A DNA stretch of 64,000 nucleotides from an uncultured Clostridia bacterium (GTDB lineage: Bacteria > Bacillota > Clostridia > TANB77 > CAG-508), in contig CALXVT010000002.1 in assembly GCA_944392175.1 (NCBI GenBank), positions 27,436 to 91,435 on the forward strand. Reading direction: 5' to 3'. The notes under the pieces are model-generated. The model was given only the letters and a program-made list of their open reading frames with translations. It had not been told where the DNA came from and searched no databases. The translations under genes were made by a program, and so were the position numbers. Below are positions 36,762 to 47,275 of the stretch, one piece after another (within the stretch, counting starts at the first letter, position 1; every line of letters begins with the position of its first letter).

Positions 36762-38024
36762 CTACTTCCTATTTCTTATTATATTTTCTATTGCTTTTAA
36801 TACACCTAATTTACCATATTCATATGTTAAACCACCTTGTTGATAGGCAATATAAGGTTTTCTTATTGGTGCATCACAAGATAATTCTATTGAAGAACCT
36901 TGTGTAAATGCTCCTGCAGCCATAATTACTTTATCTTCATAGCCCGGCATATCTCCTGGTTCAGCAATAGAATTAGAATCTACTGGTGAACCTGCTTGAA
37001 TTCCTTGACAATATTTAATTAAATCTTCTGGATTTCCAAATTCTATTGTTTGAACTATATCTGCTCTAATATCATCAAATTTTGGTTCTACTTTATAATT
37101 TAATTTTTCTAACATTTTACTTGTTAATACAGCTATTTTTAAGCTACTTGCAACTACACTTGGCGCAAAAAATAATCCTTGTAAAAATTGTCTATTAGCA
37201 CTAAGTGAAGGTCCAACTTCTTTTCCTTCTCCAGGAAGAGTTAATCTTTCAGATACTAATTCTATTAATTTCTTATCTCCTACAACATAAGCACCATTTA
37301 GTGCAATACCTGCTCCTAAATTCTTTATTAATGATCCTACTGCAATATTTGCTCCTATTTCTATTGGTTCTTTATCTGTAACAAATTCGCAATAACAATT
37401 GTCAATCATTATTATTACATCTTTATCTATTTCTCTTATTACTTTTATAACTTTTTCTAATTGATTTATTGTTATAGCTTTTCTTGTAGAATATCCTCTT
37501 GATCTTTGGATTTCTATTACTTTTATTTTTTTATTTTTTAAAGTTTCTTTTATCTTTTCATAGTCAAATTCATTATGTACTAAATCAATTTGCTCATAAT
37601 TTATATTAAATGCTTTTAATGAACTTGGATTTTCTCTTATTCCTATTACTTCATGTAATGTATCATATGGTTCTCCTGTAATACTTAATAATGTATCACC
37701 AGGTCTTAACAATGCAAATAATGTTACTGTTAATGCATGACTTCCAGAAATAAATTGGTTTCTTACTAAACTATCTTCTGCTTTAAATATTTCTGCATAT
37801 ATTTTTTCTATTGTATCTCTTCCAATATCATTATATCCATATCCTGTTGTGCTACCTAAATGTATTTCTGATAAATTATTTGACTGAAAAGCCTTTAATA
37901 CTTTTAAACTGTTTTTTTCACATGTTCTATTTATCTCTTTAAATACAGCTTCTACTTCTTTCTCTGAAATATTTGCTAAATCTTCTACTTCTTTACTTAT
38001 TCCAAATTCTTGGTACATTTCCAT
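36762..38024 (-). CDS. PLP-dependent methionine gamma-lyase-family / aluminium-resistance (YnbB-like) protein
   Basis: 420 aa with family-typical segments GSTTGYGYNDIGRD and SLIKNLGAGIA. Confidence 0.7.
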   Translation of the reverse strand: MEMYQEFGISKEVEDLANISEKEVEAVFKEINRTCEKNSLKVLKAFQSNNLSEIHLGSTTGYGYNDIGRDTIEKIYAEIFKAEDSLVRNQFISGSHALTVTLFALLRPGDTLLSITGEPYDTLHEVIGIRENPSSLKAFNINYEQIDLVHNEFDYEKIKETLKNKKIKVIEIQRSRGYSTRKAITINQLEKVIKVIREIDKDVIIMIDNCYCEFVTDKEPIEIGANIAVGSLIKNLGAGIALNGAYVVGDKKLIELVSERLTLPGEGKEVGPSLSANRQFLQGLFFAPSVVASSLKIAVLTSKMLEKLNYKVEPKFDDIRADIVQTIEFGNPEDLIKYCQGIQAGSPVDSNSIAEPGDMPGYEDKVIMAAGAFTQGSSIELSCDAPIRKPYIAYQQGGLTYEYGKLGVLKAIENIIRNRK

Positions 38025-38089
38025 CTTCCTTTCTTTTAAGTCAGATAATAGGACGTATTACGACGTCCTATTATCTTTTGTAAATATTT

Positions 38090-39871
38090 TTATTTTCCTA
38101 TTTCATCTGTAAAATAAGCTTCATCATAACCTGAAACTATTCTATAATATTTTCCAATAAAATAAGGTTCTCCATTTTGTATAGGGATATTATATGCTGG
38201 TTTAAATATTATTTCTCCATTTTTGTTTATTACGCCCCATTTACCATCTTGTTTAATTCCTGCAAATCCTCTAGAATTTAAGTCTGTGGCTTTTTCATAT
38301 TGATAATCAATTATAACATTTCCAGCCTTATCAACAAATCCCCATTTTCCATTTTGTTTGTCTGCATATATTTCGTTATCAGGGAATAACTCACTAGCTG
38401 ATTTAACTACTCCATCTTTTCCCACATAACTTGTATCTATTTCTGAATATACTTTTATATAATCATTTGTTGCATCTAATTTTCCATTTTGCATTTGTAC
38501 TATTAATTGCATATCTTTATTATATAATTCTAATACATCTTCGTTTATAGCCTCTAGTATTTCAGTATCATCTATTCTTTTTATAACTTCATATTGTAGT
38601 GGCAAGATTTCTTCTCCATTGCTATTTATTACTCCAGATTTTCCTTCTTTTCCTCCGGCTACAAAATAATCTCCATATAAATATCGAATATAAGAATATT
38701 GATTATTAATAAGTACAGCATTATTAGCAGAAATTACACCATAATTATTATTTTGATCAATAGTTATTTTATAATTTTCATTTTCTGTATTTATTATACT
38801 TGCAAATTCTGAACTAGATTGTTCTTCTCCAGATAAAGTATATGTTTTAGTAAGTCCATCTTTACTAGCGACTATATATTGACCTGGTATATCTAATGAA
38901 TCATATTCAACATTCATTATTTGTTTTCCTTCTAAATCTAAAACGCCATATTTATTATCTTTTTGAACTATTAATAATTTGCTTTCTTCATCATAATTTA
39001 TAGATTGATAATCATTATCTAATAATAATTTATTATTTTTATACAATTGTACTTTTTTATCTTTTTCTGTAATTAAGTATATATTGTCATCATCTTCTAC
39101 ATTATTTATTCTGTATATCTTATCGAACACTGTATCCAAAACTACTTGGCGATTATAATCTATATAACCATATTGTGTTTTATCTTCTTGAGTAACACCT
39201 ACAATATATCCATCAAGTTCATATTGTCTATCATTACTATAATAATTATCACCATTTATAACATCATATTTAAAATCTAATAACTGTCCTCCATTTATGC
39301 TTATTACACCATATTTACCATCTTTTTTTACAATTATTTCTCCTTCTCTATATGGCATATTTCTTATTTCGTCATATTCTGGCTTTGTTATTTGTTTTCC
39401 TTCAAAATCTATTAGACCATATTTATTATCTTGTTTATATTGTAGTACAGTTTTTTCATAAGGAATATTACTTACGATTTCTTTTATTTCAATAGTATTT
39501 ACATCTGAATATTCTGATAAAATCTCTTCACCATTTTCATTAAGTACTTTCGTTTTATAGCTACCTGTTGCACCATCATAATCATATACACATACAAAAA
39601 TTGGCTTAGTAGGATTTGGCATTTTTATTGTGTTATATTCTGCTGGAATTATTTCATTTCCATCTCTATCTATAATTCCGGATTTACCATTACTAATTAC
39701 TTTATAATATTTAACATCATCTTCTGATATTTTTTCGACTGTATAGTTTTGTTTACTCTTATTTATAGCTATTACTATTCCTACAATAATTGCTATAAGT
39801 ATTAGTATTATAGCTACTATAATTACTATTCTTTTTGTTTTGACATTGTTTTTTCTTTCTTTAAATTTCAT
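38090..39871 (-). CDS. WG (KWG) repeat-containing membrane-anchored protein
   Basis: N-terminal TM span followed by many repeats (KYGLIDFEGKQI, KYGVISINGGQL, KWGFVDKAGNVI, KWGVINKNGEII). ATG 39871 follows AGGAGGA. Confidence 0.8.
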   Translation of the reverse strand: MKFKERKNNVKTKRIVIIVAIILILIAIIVGIVIAINKSKQNYTVEKISEDDVKYYKVISNGKSGIIDRDGNEIIPAEYNTIKMPNPTKPIFVCVYDYDGATGSYKTKVLNENGEEILSEYSDVNTIEIKEIVSNIPYEKTVLQYKQDNKYGLIDFEGKQITKPEYDEIRNMPYREGEIIVKKDGKYGVISINGGQLLDFKYDVINGDNYYSNDRQYELDGYIVGVTQEDKTQYGYIDYNRQVVLDTVFDKIYRINNVEDDDNIYLITEKDKKVQLYKNNKLLLDNDYQSINYDEESKLLIVQKDNKYGVLDLEGKQIMNVEYDSLDIPGQYIVASKDGLTKTYTLSGEEQSSSEFASIINTENENYKITIDQNNNYGVISANNAVLINNQYSYIRYLYGDYFVAGGKEGKSGVINSNGEEILPLQYEVIKRIDDTEILEAINEDVLELYNKDMQLIVQMQNGKLDATNDYIKVYSEIDTSYVGKDGVVKSASELFPDNEIYADKQNGKWGFVDKAGNVIIDYQYEKATDLNSRGFAGIKQDGKWGVINKNGEIIFKPAYNIPIQNGEPYFIGKYYRIVSGYDEAYFTDEIGK

Positions 39872-39992
39872 TACAGATCCTCCTATTGGAATATTTCCCA
39901 TTCATCTTTGGTTTTACTCATTTTTCTTAAACAATTATATATTTTTGAGGTTTATCTGTCAATGAAATTAATATAAACTTAGACTTTTCAAT

Positions 39993-41234
39993 TTACATTC
40001 CTGTTTTAGGTAATTTCTTTAATTCTACACTTTTTTTGTTTGTTTCAAACTCTGGAATATCCTCTTTTCTGTTTTTTATTGTAATAGTTAATTCATCATT
40101 AAATTCAGTATTAATTTCTATCTCTTTATCATATTTTATATATCCCAATGGTGATTTAATCTCTTTTATATAATACTTACCAGGAATTATATTATTCAAA
40201 ATAGCTTCTCCATTTTCATCAGTCTTTATTTCTGAAACTAATACTTTTTTATTTTTATCTAATAACTGAAAAACCGCTCCTTTAAGTTTTGTTTTTCCAT
40301 TTTCATCTAATTTTATAATTTTTATCTTAGTATTATTTTTACTATATTCGCTTTGTATATAACCTTCACCTTCTTCATATGTTATTCCTGTAATCGCATA
40401 ATCTTGATTTGTTGAATTTGCAGCTCTGCCTATAAATATTGGTTTTGTTTCCACATTTGCAGTTGCTTTTATTTTTATTTTTCCTCCACTACTTAATTCA
40501 TTTATTGGAACTGCTATTCTAAACATCTCATTTTTATTAAATTTATTTTTCTCTTTATTATCTACATCCAGTATTTTCGTTCCTTCTGTTTTTTCTTCTA
40601 ATTCAATATTATATGAATCCATTGGAGCTTGACTACTTACACTATAGTCCTTTACTATATATCCTTCTAATTTGTTATCTGTTTTCCATTCACTTTTTTC
40701 TTCAGTTATATTTATATCAGAAGATATCTGTGTATCATCACCATCATTAACTTTTTCTAATATATTTTTTAATGCATTCCAAGTTCTTTCTCCTGCAGTT
40801 CCTATTGGAGAAAAATCAGATATTTTATAATTATACAAAACTGAATATACTGCCATTTTAGTTGCCATAAATGCTTCTCCTATTGTTTCACATCCCATTT
40901 CTTCTGGAGTTTTATATGGATATCCATTGATAATTGCCTTCCATATATACACATTTTTTATTAATCCATCTAACTTAACTGAATAACTTATTTCTTCATC
41001 CACTCCTTGTTTAGTTTTATCTAAACAATAGGCCGGATATTCTTTACCATCTTTTTTATATACTACAATACTGGTTTTTACTACAATATCACCTTTCTTT
41101 AAAAGTCTTCCACAATTTCCTTTGCTATATAAATTTTTACTTTCTATATTTGCAAAACTATAAATATTAATTATATTTGTAACAAATAATATAATTGCAA
41201 ATATAGCAATAAATTTAATTAATATATTTTTCAT
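39993..41234 (-). CDS. surface adhesin-like protein: thioester-domain-like N-terminus + CnaB/SpaA-type domain, ending in LPKTGM
   Basis: Signal peptide. AYCLDKTKQG and NGYPYK motifs of TQXA-type thioester domains. KLKGAVFQL...PGKYYIKEIKSPLGY is a CnaB-like fold. The ORF stops right after LPKTGM. Confidence 0.65.
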   Translation of the reverse strand: MKNILIKFIAIFAIILFVTNIINIYSFANIESKNLYSKGNCGRLLKKGDIVVKTSIVVYKKDGKEYPAYCLDKTKQGVDEEISYSVKLDGLIKNVYIWKAIINGYPYKTPEEMGCETIGEAFMATKMAVYSVLYNYKISDFSPIGTAGERTWNALKNILEKVNDGDDTQISSDINITEEKSEWKTDNKLEGYIVKDYSVSSQAPMDSYNIELEEKTEGTKILDVDNKEKNKFNKNEMFRIAVPINELSSGGKIKIKATANVETKPIFIGRAANSTNQDYAITGITYEEGEGYIQSEYSKNNTKIKIIKLDENGKTKLKGAVFQLLDKNKKVLVSEIKTDENGEAILNNIIPGKYYIKEIKSPLGYIKYDKEIEINTEFNDELTITIKNRKEDIPEFETNKKSVELKKLPKTGM

Positions 41235-41249
41235 TTTTTACCTCCATAT

Positions 41250-41828
41250 TTAATTTTCTTTAAGTATTGCTTGCACACACAATCTATAATTCGGTTTATC
41301 TTCCACACAAGTAATCATCGTTAATTTGTCCATACTACTTTTATTTAATTTTGACCAATCTGTATCTTTTATTATTTCAGACGAATTTACAATATAATTT
41401 TTACTTTTCCCTTTATATGTATATATAACTAAATCGCCTTTTTTTAACATTTTTAAATTTTTAAAATAATTTACTTTATATCCTCTGTTATGTGCAGCCA
41501 ATCCTATATTTCCATTTTCCTTGCTTGTTTCTACAAAATGTCCGATATTTTTATTCATTACCTGCATACTTGTTCCTTCTTGTATATTTGCACTTAAATT
41601 TATCTTTGGGATTTCTAACTTCCATTGATTAAAAATATTTTTGTCTTCGATTTTATTTTCTATATAAATTTCTGTTTTATCTGGAATTGTAATTTCTAAA
41701 GAATTATCAAAAATTTGATTAAAATTATAAAAAACTTTTTGATCTAAAAATATAAAAATTACTGATGTAATTATTAAAGATAAAATAATTAAATTTTTGT
41801 GACTACAATTACATATTGTGACCACCAC
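41250..41828 (-). CDS. sortase-family transpeptidase
   Basis: N-terminal TM span, His in GLAAHNRGY, Cys in LTMITCVE, Arg in NYRLCVQA. The start codon is uncertain (GTG, no clean RBS spacing). Confidence 0.75.
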   Translation of the reverse strand: MVVTICNCSHKNLIILSLIITSVIFIFLDQKVFYNFNQIFDNSLEITIPDKTEIYIENKIEDKNIFNQWKLEIPKINLSANIQEGTSMQVMNKNIGHFVETSKENGNIGLAAHNRGYKVNYFKNLKMLKKGDLVIYTYKGKSKNYIVNSSEIIKDTDWSKLNKSSMDKLTMITCVEDKPNYRLCVQAILKEN

Positions 41829-41965
41829 CTTGCTAGGTTAAGTTTTGAAATAAAATTGCAATTTTATCATTGATTTAAAATTTAAATTGGAATAAAAAAT
41901 TCCTATAAACGTTTAAATTATATTACTCTCATTTTTAATGTTTGTAAAGCTTTTTCGTAATACAA

Positions 41966-42000
41966 AAATCGACAAATAATATATTATTTGTCGATTTTTA
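41966..42000 (-). terminator. terminator after histidine kinase gene
   Basis: Stem aatcgacaaataat/attatttgtcgatt flanked by A- and T-runs. Confidence 0.7.
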
Positions 42001-42003
42001 TAT

Positions 42004-43500
42004 TTATTCACTTTTAGCTATGCTTAAATCAAAATAGAATTCTACACCCGTATCTTTATTTACAACACCATAATCATTGTTGTAATTATTCATTATAGCT
42101 TTTACTAATGCTAAACCTATTCCTGTTCCTCCATTTTCTCTATTTCTAGAAGAATCCACTTTGTAAAAACGTTTCCAAATTCTATTTAAATCTTCATCTG
42201 ATATATTTTCTCCTGTATTAAATACATAAATTCTTACTTTATCATTTTTCTTTTCTATTTTTATTTCTATGTATTTTTCTCCTAATACTTCATCAGCATG
42301 TTTAATTGCATTAGTAAAATAATTTGTAAATACTTGCTCTATATAAAATTCATCTGCATATACATTAATAACTTCCGGATGATCAAATCTTACTTCTATA
42401 TTTTTCTCATCTAGCATTACTTTAGATTTTCTAATAACTTCACTAATTAATTCTATAATATTAAAATCTGCATTTCTGAATTCACGTTTGCCATATTCAA
42501 GTTTCATTAATTCTAATAGTTCTTTTACTAATTTATCCATTTTATTTGCTTCATCTAATATTACATCTGCATAAAATTTCCTGTTTTCTTCATCAGTATT
42601 AACATTTTCAACTAGTCCTTCGGCATATCCTTGTATAAGTGCTATTGGTGTTTTTAATTCATGTGACACATCAGAAATAAATTGTGTTCTCATCTCTTCA
42701 ATCTTAGATTTTTCTTCAATATCTCTTTCAAGTCTTATGTTTGAATTTCTTAATTGTTTTATGGTTGATTCTAGTTTATCTGACATTACATTTATACTTT
42801 TTCCAAGCATATTGATTTCATCATCTACATCTTTTGGATGAAACTTTTTACTAAAATCTAATTTAGCCATCTTTTCTGCTATTTCATTTAATTCTTGTAT
42901 TGGCTCTGTAAATCTCTTACTGATAAATGTTATAAGAATTGCAGCTATAATTAAAGTCACACCACCAATTAAGTATAAGAAATTATTTGAAATCTTTACA
43001 CTTTCTTGTATTGTTGATATTGGCATCCTAATATATAAATTATAATTATTATCTAATTTTCCTGAAAGTAAAATATATGTTATATTACTACTTTGATCTT
43101 TTACTTTCTTTATATTTAAATCTTTGTTTGCATATATTACATTATTTCTTTTGGATTGTTCATTTAACCCATTTATAGAATTCATAGTTTCTATAAAATT
43201 TTCATTAGATGTATATAAATTTATACCATCTTGAGTTTCTAATAAAATATCATATCCACCTTTTAGTGCATAATTTGACAATGTATTTTGTATTGTTTTT
43301 TCTGATTGTGCTGTATTATATTCCATATTTATTTCGTCATATATCTTTTTTAATGCTCCTTGTTTAGAATATAAATAAAAAGATTCTAAAACTATGTTAT
43401 TTAATAAGATTAAAAAAGCTATTATCATTATAACTGCTATTGCTAATGTAAAAAAAAGTTTATAACGTATAGAATTATGAAGATTTCTTAATGTTATCAC
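42004..43500 (-). CDS. sensor histidine kinase (2 TM, HAMP, HisKA, HATPase_c)
   Basis: H-box SHELKTPIALI, N-box NYFTNAIKH, G-boxes FNTGENI and GGTGIGLALV. Confidence 0.85.
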   Translation of the reverse strand: MITLRNLHNSIRYKLFFTLAIAVIMIIAFLILLNNIVLESFYLYSKQGALKKIYDEINMEYNTAQSEKTIQNTLSNYALKGGYDILLETQDGINLYTSNENFIETMNSINGLNEQSKRNNVIYANKDLNIKKVKDQSSNITYILLSGKLDNNYNLYIRMPISTIQESVKISNNFLYLIGGVTLIIAAILITFISKRFTEPIQELNEIAEKMAKLDFSKKFHPKDVDDEINMLGKSINVMSDKLESTIKQLRNSNIRLERDIEEKSKIEEMRTQFISDVSHELKTPIALIQGYAEGLVENVNTDEENRKFYADVILDEANKMDKLVKELLELMKLEYGKREFRNADFNIIELISEVIRKSKVMLDEKNIEVRFDHPEVINVYADEFYIEQVFTNYFTNAIKHADEVLGEKYIEIKIEKKNDKVRIYVFNTGENISDEDLNRIWKRFYKVDSSRNRENGGTGIGLALVKAIMNNYNNDYGVVNKDTGVEFYFDLSIAKSE

Positions 43501-44177
43501 TATTTTACCTCGAACTTATACCCTACTCCACGCATTGTTTCGATGTATTTTCCTTTTTTCCCTAATTTATGTCTAATCTTTTTTATATGACTGTCTATAG
43601 TTCTTGAATCTCCATAATAATCATAGTTCCATACATTATTTAATATCTTGTCCCTAGATAACGCAATATTTTCATTATCCACTAAATATTTTAATAATTC
43701 ATACTCTCTTAAACTTAATTCAATTTGCTTTCCATCTACTTTTACAGTTCTTCCTTCTGGATCTATTACAATTCCGCCATAATCCTTTGTTTTATTAGTA
43801 TCTTTTCTAGTTCTTTTTAATATAGCCTCTACTCTAGCAACTAATATTTTAGGACTAAATGGTTTAGAAATATATTCATCTACACCTAGTTCAAATCCAA
43901 ATAATTCGTCCTGTTCTTCTCCTCTTGCAGTAAGCATAATAATAGGAACTTTAGATGTTTGTCTTATTTGGCGTAAAACTGACCATCCATCTAATTTTGG
44001 CATCATTACATCTAATAATATTAAACTAATTTTGTTTTTATTTTCTTCAAATATTTCTAAAGCTTTTTCTCCGTCCTCAGCTTCTAATATACTATATCCT
44101 TTTTGTACAAGAAAATCTTTAATTAGTTTTCTCATTCTTGATTCATCATCTACTACTAAAATAGTTTCATTAACCAT
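43500..44177 (-). CDS. OmpR/PhoB-family response regulator
   Basis: Receiver ILVVDDE...LILLDVMMPKLDG. Winged-helix C-terminus ending TMRGVGYKFE. Confidence 0.9.
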   Translation of the reverse strand: MVNETILVVDDESRMRKLIKDFLVQKGYSILEAEDGEKALEIFEENKNKISLILLDVMMPKLDGWSVLRQIRQTSKVPIIMLTARGEEQDELFGFELGVDEYISKPFSPKILVARVEAILKRTRKDTNKTKDYGGIVIDPEGRTVKVDGKQIELSLREYELLKYLVDNENIALSRDKILNNVWNYDYYGDSRTIDSHIKKIRHKLGKKGKYIETMRGVGYKFEVK

Positions 44178-44203
44178 AGTTTTCGCTCCTTTTTACATAG
44201 TTA

Positions 44204-44833
44204 TTATATATTATAATGGCCTTTTTTGTCCAGTTTGTGAACATATTTAAAATATTTATTTATTTCTTTAAATTTTTTGTTTTCTTTTATTACTAAACAC
44301 CATAAAAATAAAACTATTATAACTATTGACATATTTCTAACATATAAAATTGCTATACTTGCAATTGCAGTTATAAGACTCATAATTATTGTATTCACCC
44401 AATTAGTAATTTTATATGCTTCAATACTTCCGTATATTATTCTTAATACTCTATTTAAGATTTGTCCCCCATCTAATGGATATACTGGTAGTAAATTAAA
44501 TATTGCTATTACTAAATTTACATAGACTATTTTAGGTAATTTTAAAAAGTCAAAAATTAATGCTATTATTATATTAGAAATTGGTCCCATCATTAAAATT
44601 AATATTTTTTTTATATTATCATATTCATTAATATTTTCGTAAAATCCTAATGAAATTCCTAATATTTCTATTTTTAAAGATTTTATTTTATATCCTAATA
44701 TAATTCCTGTTAATAAATGAAAAAACTCATGAATTATTACAAAAATCATAAACAATATGTACATTTCTAATTGCTTAAATATAAGAAACAAAAATAATAC
44801 TAAAAAAATTTTTATATCTATTTTAAACTCCAT
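44204..44833 (-). CDS. M50 site-2 protease family protein (SpoIVFB-like position)
   Basis: HEFFHLL zinc motif in a TM span and NLLPVYPLDGG motif. 209 aa. Confidence 0.75.
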   Translation of the reverse strand: MEFKIDIKIFLVLFLFLIFKQLEMYILFMIFVIIHEFFHLLTGIILGYKIKSLKIEILGISLGFYENINEYDNIKKILILMMGPISNIIIALIFDFLKLPKIVYVNLVIAIFNLLPVYPLDGGQILNRVLRIIYGSIEAYKITNWVNTIIMSLITAIASIAILYVRNMSIVIIVLFLWCLVIKENKKFKEINKYFKYVHKLDKKGHYNI

Positions 44834-44846
44834 AAATCACTCTTTC

Positions 44847-45713
44847 TTAAAATTTTAACACCATATCTGGATCAACATATCTTTCGTTTTTTCTTATTTC
44901 AAAATGTAAATGAGGCCCTGTTACGTTACCTGTAGCTCCTACTTCAGCTATAGGTTGATTTTGTTTTACATAGTCTCCTTCTTTTACATATAATTTATTA
45001 CAATGAGCATAATAGATTGCAACATCATCTTTTTCTATTCGTAAGTGTTTTCCATAATCCCCTTCACTTGAAGCTATTTTTACTGTACCATCTAAAGCTG
45101 CATATATAACTGTTCCAACATTTGCTGCAATATCTATTCCAGTATGTTCTTTAGGCACGGTTTTAGTTGTTGGTTCTCTATGTCCATATCTTGATGTTAT
45201 AGTTCCTTGTAATGGTTTAATTAAAGTATATTTACTTTTTATATCATTAGCGTCAATTTCCATTTGTGACAAGTTAGTTACTTCTTTATTTTCTTCTTCT
45301 GCTCCTCCGATATTTTCTGAAATTTCATTTTGAATTGTATTTTCGATATTATTATCTATAATATTTTGATTTTCATCTGTCGCAAATACATTTTGACTTG
45401 AAAACCAATTAGTAAAATTGTTATATAATTCTTTAAAATTAATATCATACCCAAGAATTTCTTTAGTTTTATTTACAAAATCTTTAGAAAAAAGTTCTTC
45501 ACTATTTTTCGAATAATAAAATAATGAATATATTGCAAGACATATCAAAATTTGAACTAACATTTTTTTTAATAATTTTATCTTATATTTAGAGATTTTA
45601 TTTCTACTCTCCCTTTTATTTAAATATATTCCTTGTTGTTTATTTCTATATACTTCCTCAGCTCTTTTTATTCTTTCTTCAGTTGATAAAACTCTTTCCA
45701 TGATTTCCTCCAT
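44847..45713 (-). CDS. M23/LytM-family metallopeptidase, membrane anchored (SpoIVFA-like position)
   Basis: HTGIDIAA and GPHLHFEI catalytic motifs are intact. One TM span. Directly upstream of the M50 protease gene. Confidence 0.75.
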   Translation of the reverse strand: MEEIMERVLSTEERIKRAEEVYRNKQQGIYLNKRESRNKISKYKIKLLKKMLVQILICLAIYSLFYYSKNSEELFSKDFVNKTKEILGYDINFKELYNNFTNWFSSQNVFATDENQNIIDNNIENTIQNEISENIGGAEEENKEVTNLSQMEIDANDIKSKYTLIKPLQGTITSRYGHREPTTKTVPKEHTGIDIAANVGTVIYAALDGTVKIASSEGDYGKHLRIEKDDVAIYYAHCNKLYVKEGDYVKQNQPIAEVGATGNVTGPHLHFEIRKNERYVDPDMVLKF

Positions 45714-45970
45714 TCATGTGTAATCAATCTGCCATAATGGCTAAGCTTTAGTACACTACCAGTTCCCAATTATTTTTTTAGATAAGGACAAAAAGGACAT
45801 GATTAAAGTTTTATAAAATTACATGCCCCGTCTTTGTTATTTCGCCAACATTGCACAGCAATTTTTTATTATATAATAGAAAAGTTCAGAGAAATTTCAT
45901 ATTATATAATAAAGACCTCTTCCTTTGTAATATATTTGTACAATATATTCAAAACAGAGGTCTTTTATGT

Positions 45971-46309
45971 TTAAAAAAATAAATTTTGCATAAAAATTAT
46001 AGATATTAAAATTATAATCGTTGATAATGATATCTTTTTTAGCTTCTCATATTTTCTTATTATTTTCTCATAATTTCTATTCTTTTTTATTTCTGTAATA
46101 TCTTTTAAATATTCTGTAATAACCATTTCAGCTTCTTTTACAATATATCCTTTTTCAGAATTTAAACATTTTTTATTATTTTTGACTTTTTTTATAAACT
46201 CTTTTTCTCTTTTTTTAACTCCTGGTTTTAAAACTACCCAAGCTTCTGATACTATATTTGATGGTAAATTTTTTATTAATACCATATTATCATTTTCTCT
46301 TATTTTCAT
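45971..46309 (-). CDS. hypothetical tail-anchored basic protein
   Basis: 112 aa, Lys-rich, with a single C-terminal TM span (ISLSTIIILISIIFMQNLFF). Confidence 0.4.
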   Translation of the reverse strand: MKIRENDNMVLIKNLPSNIVSEAWVVLKPGVKKREKEFIKKVKNNKKCLNSEKGYIVKEAEMVITEYLKDITEIKKNRNYEKIIRKYEKLKKISLSTIIILISIIFMQNLFF

Positions 46310-46350
46310 ATGTATCCTCCTAAATTTGTATTTTTTATTATATAAATAAT

Positions 46351-46920
46351 TTACAAATTTAGGAATTTTATACTCTCAATTATAAATTTTGATGTTTTTT
46401 GTGATAAATCATATATAAAGTCTTTATTTACATTTTGCAATATTTTAAAATTTTCTTTTGAATCATTTTTATTAATTCCAACTATACCTTTTATTGATAC
46501 ATCACCTATTTTGCATAAGTCTTTTTTTAATGCTTTTCCTACATCTAATTTATTTTTTAAGACATATATTTTTCCAACTAAAAATTTATCTCCTAATGCA
46601 GAATCTATGGATACAATATATGGCTTATAATATTTTTTATTTATTTTCTGAGTAATTTTAATAATATTATTTGCATTAACATTATATTTTAAATTTCCAA
46701 TAACATTAATTTTGGGATGTTTAATATTATTTTTTAATATTTCTCCTATTATTGGACCAAAGCTATCTCCTACGACTTTATTTGTTCCAATACATAAAAA
46801 AATTACATCAGAATAATTAAAATTATCTAATTCAGCAAAAAAATTAGCATATACCTTATTATTTACAGACATTTCATCCTCCATAATTACAGTATATGCT
46901 ATTTTCTTAAGTGTATTCAC
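46351..46920 (-). CDS. yyaC: spore protease YyaC-like (DUF1256)
   Basis: FLCIGTNKVVGDSFGPIIGEIL matches the YyaC CIGTD..GD..GP core. The start may be an internal Met. Confidence 0.65.
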   Translation of the reverse strand: MNTLKKIAYTVIMEDEMSVNNKVYANFFAELDNFNYSDVIFLCIGTNKVVGDSFGPIIGEILKNNIKHPKINVIGNLKYNVNANNIIKITQKINKKYYKPYIVSIDSALGDKFLVGKIYVLKNKLDVGKALKKDLCKIGDVSIKGIVGINKNDSKENFKILQNVNKDFIYDLSQKTSKFIIESIKFLNL

Positions 46921-46989
46921 TTAAAAATTTTCACCTTTTACTTAAGTTATAAGGTAATTGTGAAACTAAATCTTAGATTTTTACACAAT

Positions 46990-47238
46990 TTAATTTTTGG
47001 CAATTATTATATTAATATCTTTAGAATTATAATATTTTTTAAATAAATCTTCGGAATAACCAGCAACCTCATTCGTTATAAAAAATGTTGTATAATTTTC
47101 TTTTATCAAATGATTTAAAGTATTGTCGACATTCTCTAAATCATCTAATTCAACTCCATACATTCCGATATTCTTAAAAAAATTAAAACTCGTCTTATCA
47201 TGAATTGATTTTATATAAGATATCTTCGTAATAATCAC
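46990..47238 (-). CDS. hypothetical 82-aa protein
   Basis: ORF only. Any resemblance to V-type ATPase F-like small alpha/beta proteins is weak and unverified. Confidence 0.3.
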   Translation of the reverse strand: MIITKISYIKSIHDKTSFNFFKNIGMYGVELDDLENVDNTLNHLIKENYTTFFITNEVAGYSEDLFKKYYNSKDINIIIAKN

Positions 47239-47275
47239 CTAATATTATTATATACAATTTTATTTTTTTTATTAC

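Noticed and set aside
45714-45970. Possible c-di-GMP or c-di-AMP riboswitch upstream of the M23 peptidase (ggcgaaataacaaagacggggc)
   Set aside because: Only fragmentary resemblance was found. The hallmark conserved segments (GEMM GGCAAACC/GACGCAAAGCC; ydaO paired ACGGGG/CCCGAAUCC elements) are absent. This needs a covariance-model scan.
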